Shown here in pieces: positions 57,342-64,000 of a stretch of 64,000 nt of DNA (its first letter is position 1; each line of letters begins with the position of its first letter). This DNA comes from Trichoplax adhaerens. Its lineage: Eukaryota; Animalia; Placozoa. The DNA is taken from assembly GCF_000150275.1 (NCBI RefSeq), contig NW_002060946.1, forward strand, positions 5,990,597 to 6,054,596, written 5' to 3'. The position numbers and the translations under genes were made by a program. The notes beneath the pieces were generated by a model that worked only from the letters and a program-made list of their open reading frames with translations, made no database searches and was not told the DNA's origin.

Positions 57342-59906
57342 GTCTTGATTGCTGTTTTCTCTTTCGATCTTTCTCTAAATGTGTCAACAAAGAACATCAA
57401 CGTCTATCAGAACTTCAATTAGGTTACCACTGATGATAACAATATTGACATAGGAGAGTTCAGTCCGTATTTGGAGCTAGTGTACGACAGTACTTTAATT
57501 AAGTATCCAATTTTAGCAATGTTGTACAAGTCTACTACTGTACAGTACTGTATAGCATTCGTATTACGCGAATAAGATCAGATCAATCCTTCCTTCTACA
57601 GTAGTGAACTCGTCTGAAGTCTTGTTTACATCAGGGATGGCTAAAATAGATTTACCTTTGCACTCCTATTACTGTCATCAAGTACTGTACTGTTATCACC
57701 TATACTTGATCAATCATTTATTGTTGTTTGTGGTTGACTATTTCGTTACGTAATATACTATACCAGTGGATAGCAATTTGCTCAATATGACATCACTTTC
57801 GATCCTGGATTTCCTATTGACTACTCAATGAGCATTCATCACCCAATCTAGTGCATGGTGGACATAGACTATGATGTTGTATGCAAAGTGAAGAAAGGCG
57901 ATCTGTTTCAGTATCATGGACATTACTGTCCATTAGGGAGTTTATTGTTGATTCTTGGTAAAAACACTGATGTTATGCAGTACTTTTTTCCTCTGCTTAC
58001 GGTCTAAAATGTTGTATGATATTGCGCCATTGATCCAGTCTAATCGCTATCAGGGTTATTTGCTTGTATAATAAACAACACTTATTTTACCGGATAAAAT
58101 TCAAGTCTTGAGCACAATAGCCCTACCAATATTTTGCGTCATTGAGTTCAATGGATCCCAAATAGATGGACATCTATCACGTTGGAATGGAGAACTGTCT
58201 GTGCTACTTCGTCAACACTGCAGTAGTCATCAAGAATGAATACACTAGAATAATGCAATTGCTTATGCCTTGTACAGGATTCCAATCTATTTGTACAGCG
58301 GTGTGCATACTGTAGTGTACACTGTAGAGTACATCAACTGACAAGTTCAAAGTCGAAAGTCGAATAGTTTAGAGTACAACATAGGCGAATCATGAGTATG
58401 ATCATCCTGGTCATCCGTACTACATAAAGTTAAAATTGCTACAACATCAGTTGTTGGTGTTTGTGCTTGATCGCTTACATGATTGCCATGTTGAAACGTG
58501 TTGAACTGGACGAGTTGAACCAGTTTGCGTGTTGTTTTGAATTTATTTTATTTATAAGCAAACAATATCCAAAACAGTATATCAAGTTATCACTCTACTG
58601 CTTCAATACATTGACACATAGCTTCAAGGGTTAAAGCCCTTGTTGCCCATGATAGATAGAACATCACTAGGTCCAAAATTGTTGCTCAATGATCTAATTA
58701 ATCAACAACATGGACTCCATTTTACCGAGCGTCCATTGCTCTGGCTTTCTACCTAGTACAACTATACACTATCTAGAAGAGGCCAGCGTGGATAAGGTAT
58801 CTGTATAACAATCGACAATGGTAGAATGGATTGACTCAATAATAGTGTAGACTAGACAAGGGCAAGGCAAAATTGCATTCTTCACCTTTTTGGTGGTCAC
58901 GTACGCACGTATCGTATCGCACCGGGATGCGATACGGCACGGTACGATACGGCACAGTATAGTTTTACCCTTGTATTGGGACTTGGCTGTACGTACTGTA
59001 GAGTCAGACTAGAGACCCATTTTAGAGACTGGAGAGTCAGACTACAGTACAAATGAATTGCATTGGTAGACTACGGTAACCATAGACACCCATGTTCCAC
59101 GTCTAGTAAAAGAAGAAGGGCCCCCAAAAATGGCTACTGTCGGAATACAGTAGCTTATCATCGCTTGTAATATAGTGGAATCATTCATTTGCATCTTCTT
59201 GTACAATGACTATATCTGCTAGTATGGAAGCTAAACTAGCCTTTGGTGGGATTATTCCATTGATGATTCGAGAAAGGGTAGACTATACTGTCAATTGTAC
59301 CTCAATATCGGCATAGTCGAGATTATTATGATTGATTGATTATGCGAACAACTGGTCCACCCGTCATGATCGCATAAGGTCGACAATCGACATACTGCAA
59401 TAGAAACAGTAAAAACGATCACGATCATGGCACATACCATTATTCTTAATAAACTAAATAACAAAGTCATGATCGTTGTATGCTTATCCAACGTCCTCGT
59501 TTATCCTCGTCTACAGTACAGTAGTGAAAGAATGATTCAATGAGATAGGCAAATCCTCAGGGTGTCGAGTGAAGCTATCTGTTGAAGACAACTTTGAACG
59601 AAACAGTGAAAGGCCACGAAGCTAGAGTAAAGCCAATTCCGTTATTTCCTTCCTTAATGTAGTAATCTATTCATATGCTAGTATGGGGATTACTGCGCTG
59701 TACTGGAAGATTACATTTTAATCTATAATGACGATTTGATATCGCTTTAGTTCAAGTACAACTGCTGGTGATGACGGCCACAGTTTGAATCGACCATTGA
59801 TAATGATAATACAGCAATTACTGTACTTTACTTTAATTTAATCTACTTGGAGATACGGGACCGGTCAACTAGAGTAGAGTAGAGCAATCAAAGTGTTTTA
59901 CATTTA

Positions 59907-60137
59907 ATCCAGTTTACGATCAAAAATGAAAAATCCTATTGCATAGTCGTGTCTAGTTTCATTTTGTGTTATGTTTCCAAAAAATAATCTCATACAACAG
60001 CTTAGCAAGAAAAAACAGTATCGAATCCACTTTACGATCAAAAATGAAAAAGCCTGTCACATAGTTGCACAGTCATGTTTATCCATGTTATCTTTCGAAA
60101 AATAATCTTATAGAATAACTAGCAAGAAAAACATAGT
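59907..60137. repeat. Diverged tandem duplication (~118 bp unit)
   Basis: TTTACGATCAAAAATGAAAAA...AAAAATAATCT...TAGCAAGAAAAA occurs twice. Confidence 0.8.
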
Positions 60138-60819
60138 TGTGTTATTTTTGAATGATTCAATGTGTTCATCTCCATTCTACCAACATTTGTTTACTGTTCA
60201 GTAGTCTACGCGTATGGTAGCATTGGTTTGGACTTCTGACTGCTACTCTACGTTGAATTATGCAGTAAAGTATGGATGATGCAATCAGTGCAGTAACAAC
60301 AGTACTGTACTTGAACAACCTACAGCGCGCTTACATCACTACAGTAGTGGAGATTGTAGTCATTCATGAAGGCATTGGAGATAGCCTGCATGATGTTGAA
60401 AGAAAATAAAAGATGAAAAAGTAACATTGAATGCAGTTATCTAACATTGGATTATATCATTATCGAACGTTGAATTCATCCAGTGGCTGTACTTACTGTA
60501 CACGGTGACAGCAAATCTGGGTATTGCGTTGCTATCGTAAGAAGAAGCAAAGGCTACCTTTCAAAATCCAAACGCTGTCAAATATCGGTGTTGCTTTCGT
60601 GCCGGTTGCTATTCAAGGCGTTTTATTTTTTTTATTTGGGCCTTTAGTATCCAAGCTATAGTATAATTGCACAATACTGAAGCAGAAAAAGAAGAAGAAT
60701 CAATAAAACGGTTTAACGAAGGAAAATGGCAGTCGAAACCCTATATAAACTTACGACGTATGGACAGTAAAACGGTACGGATGAAGGGTAGGGTTAAACG
60801 ATACGCTTCAGTACCTTCA

Positions 60820-61490
60820 CACGTACAGTACTGTACAGTATGTCCTGCTGTACACTGTACAGTACAGTACAATGTAGTATAGTACGGTACACTATACTGT
60901 ACTGTACTGTACAGTGTACAGTACAGTACTGTGTACAGGTACTGAGTGTTACAGCAGCGACTACTCTAAAAAGTTATTGTTGTCTCTCGCAAAACTGGTT
61001 GACACTTTACAGTACTGTACTGTACAACACAGTGCAGTGTACTATACTGTACACTGTACACTGTACACTCACGATCACGTGAACGCACTGTACTGTACTG
61101 TACTGTACTGTGCACTAATGTACTGTACTGTACAGTACTGAGTTTATTTTCTTTGCAGACTCGGAAAAATTGGATATCGTAAACCTACAGTACTGTACAC
61201 TCAGTGTACAGTACAGTATGTACTGTACAGTACAGTACAGTATACTGTACTGAAACTAACGTTAAATTACTGTACACTGTACAGTACTGTACAGTACAGT
61301 GTACAGTACGTACTTTATACCGTATTGTACGGTACTAATGTCAGTAGACAGGGTTAGGGTTAGTACTGTACTGTACGCACGGCCAATCAGAAGTACAGTA
61401 CTTTCCAAAATAGTCCCTGACTGCGAATACAGCTCCAAGTACTGTAAGTCCGTAACGCTCTGTACAGTATAGGACGATACTGTACTGTAC
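60820..61490. repeat. Large ACAGT pentamer array upstream of ZGRF1
   Basis: Dense (CAGTA)/(TACTG) runs. Confidence 0.9.
61381..61390 (+). promoter_or_regulatory. CCAAT (NF-Y) box upstream of ZGRF1
   Basis: GGCCAATCAG matches the RRCCAATCAG consensus, ~320 bp before the ATG. Confidence 0.45.
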
Positions 61491-61699
61491 GAGGAGTAGT
61501 CGTAATTACCTGAGGTGAAATGAAAATATCCATTGAACAAGTCGAAAATCAAAGCGGAGTGCATTCAATCAATAGATATTGTCATCTAGTTGGCAATCCT
61601 TTCCCTCACTTTACCGGATACAAGGCGGTAGAAATGGAGCTCACCTGCCCATGATACACAAAATTTCGCTCAAAATCAACCCTATGATCATGACCAGAA

Positions 61700-64000
61700 A
61701 TGAATCAAGCATCCAATGAAAGTATGGTGACGAGCAAGCAATTCAAGGTAAATAGACCAAAAGTAGAGTAAAATGAGCCAATGGATTACTGTAGCTCTTT
61801 GTCAGTAAAACGGCAACAGCAAGCATAAACGTTCAGCTAGACGTAAGGAGAAATATGGTGACTTCTATGAGTTGGAGGATATTGCCTACGTACCGATTGA
61901 ACTTACAATAGGCAGATAAGATAGGTATACCGCGCCTGTAAACAATTTGTAAACTCCATCTTACGGAGTCACCAATGCCTATACACTATACTACACAGTA
62001 CCATGTATGACGTAATAGCAATTAGCCAGGTCTAAAATAGCCTAATGATGAGGTAAAATGACATCGCAAACGCAGTAGATCCTTTCAATCTTATATTGCA
62101 CTAACCTCAACGAATGGATATGGATGCATTGCCAAAGGATCAAAGTTATTGATCTAGTTTGCTAGCATACGTACAACTAATATTAATAACTACGTGTAAA
62201 TGGATTATACTAATGGATAAATACACGCGTATATATGACCAGTACAGTACTTCCCGCAATCCGTCACATGAATTGCAATAATGGACTGATTAATTACAAT
62301 TATTATTATTCTGTAATGTAGGTACTCTATACTCATCAGAAAACCAAAAAAGCTAAAACTTGGCAAGATGGGATATTAAAATGGAAAAATACTACTAATA
62401 AGGTAACCAAGTAGACTAATCACAGATTGCAGCAATACCAGCATACTGTACATTGTATTAGCAATGAGTAATCATTTCTAAGATAGAGAAACCGCATCGA
62501 ATGCCACAATTTTACGAGCCATACAACATGCAAATTACACTATCAAATGCTAACCTAATTCACAGTAAAATAGCCAAAATGAACTTCAATTTACCCTAGC
62601 GTATTATCCTTCAATAAGATTTGCTTTAAAAACCAAACAGAGATCGAAAAGAAATTCATATTTTACGATGTCTTGCTGCTGCCATCATTCAAGGATGCTT
62701 ATTTTAATTATTCCTATAACTTACCCATTCATTTCTTTAGGCTATGCTGTACGACGAAACTGCATCATCATTACTGGATTCTATATTTATAAAATCCGAG
62801 AAGGTTAGTCAACACAACAAATTCCATATTATCAATCAAGATAGTTACAATGACTAAATGAGTGTAAACTTATCCCTGTTCCTACCGTATAGATAGACAA
62901 GAGTACATTAAAGATCTATTGAAATGCAATCAACAGATTTGCGCTAGCATTTAGTGCGCATATACCTTAATCTGGCCCTTATTAATAGCCACTCTTTTTT
63001 TATTCAGCTCTCATGCAATATGGATTTAGAAACCGATCGATATTTGATCCTGATCGACGAAGAAATTTCAAATAAATCATCTGTGCAAATATCTGAAGCT
63101 CCTACTAGCTCGATTTCTACCTCGAGCCCTACTGTAAATTATACTAATCAATCTAATTCTGTATGTAAATCCAATGTCCACAATTTCCCTACACAGCATA
63201 TCCCATTGAAACCTAGAAAACGTAAGGTAATACCAATTTAATCCGGATAAATTTTCCATCAGTGATGAAAATACTGAGGAATTGCGTCAATTAACAACTA
63301 CTCTAGTATCAACGTCATGTATACTTACTGCGTATTGATAGCTATAACCACATACGAGTATATATGCACTTGATATTGTTGTATACCTTATATGGAAAGT
63401 TGAAGTGAATAACTCTTTGCTCATTATTCGGTGATATTTACTATCGAGATATTGCTAATTCTGACTATTATTTCAGGCTTTCATGACGCCTTGGTCTAGC
63501 CGTAATAAAATGAACTACTATAATCAAGATAAGAATAATGATATAGTACATACAATACAAGATCATCAAAATACTACCAAAAGTCTGGATGGTAGTGTTG
63601 TAGATAATGCTGGTATACAAACTACAAATAGTAATATCCAACAAGAAGAAAAAGTAATCTATAGCTGTGAAATTTCTAAAATCTCTGAAGAAAATGTAGT
63701 TGATAAATCAAGTGTAGAAATTAGAGATAGTAAGCAATCAAAAGAAGCAATCAATGACCAGAAAACGTCCCAAACTTCTAATAAACAACATGTAAACAAT
63801 TCTGGAGCAGAATTAAGAGATTGCACTATGAGCCAAATACGAGTACAGGAAATAAGCGACAGCCAAAAAGCCTTTCAGTTTTCCAATAAAAAATTTTTAA
63901 ATAACTCTAACATGGAAGATGATGATGAAGTTAGTTGTAATGAAGAGCGAAAAGTGATTGATAGCCAGACGGTTTTTAAAATTTCTGATGATAGCCTTTT
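61700..64000 (+). CDS. ZGRF1: ZGRF1 (C4orf21)-like DNA repair protein, 5' part (exons 61700-61747, 62322-62402, 62741-62803, 63008-63226, 63477->64000)
   Basis: DUF2439 N-terminus QFKVLYTHQKTKKAKTWQDGILK...NKAMLYDE...DLETDRYLILIDE (human, from memory: EFIVLYTHQKMKKSKVWQDGILK...NKAILYDD...DLESDRYLITVEE), followed by a long open low-complexity exon. The start could instead be the ATG at 61724. Confidence 0.88.

Noticed and set aside
57421-57440. IRE-like CAGTG hairpin upstream of NCOA4 (minus strand)
   Set aside because: Lacks the C-bulge, 5-bp stem and CAGTGN geometry, and lies in the predicted intron.
61350-61363. Telomere-like AGGGTTAGGGTTAG
   Set aside because: Only about two units, which is compatible with chance.

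Overview
AT-rich, intron-dense animal genomic DNA. Short GT-AG introns and abundant ACAGT/CAGTA pentamer arrays suggest a placozoan such as Trichoplax; this is an inference. Nine protein-coding genes can be assembled by hand: KAT8/MOF (-), an intronless class A peptide-type GPCR (+), an orphan coiled-coil protein (+), POLB (-), ZDHHC6 (+), a ~900-aa protein with eight EF-hand-pair repeats, EFCAB6/CFAP115-like, with an upstream RFX X-box (-), GBF1 (+), NCOA4/ARA70 (-) and the 5' part of ZGRF1 (+, runs off the window). Non-coding features are dyad-symmetric ACAGT arrays concentrated between genes, two triplicated 165-230 bp repeats directly upstream of KAT8 and POLB, a MITE-like TIR element with relatives ~12.5 kb away, two strong hairpins and a decayed coding-like relic. 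The best candidates for new biology are an NCOA4 carrying about 7 copies of a ferritin-binding-like W[LI] motif, the X-box-linked 8-repeat EF-hand ciliary candidate, and a gene set whose human orthologues map mostly to the chr 4/8/10 paralogon. No tRNA, rRNA or CRISPR array is supported. Comparisons with human proteins are from memory and were not database-checked.
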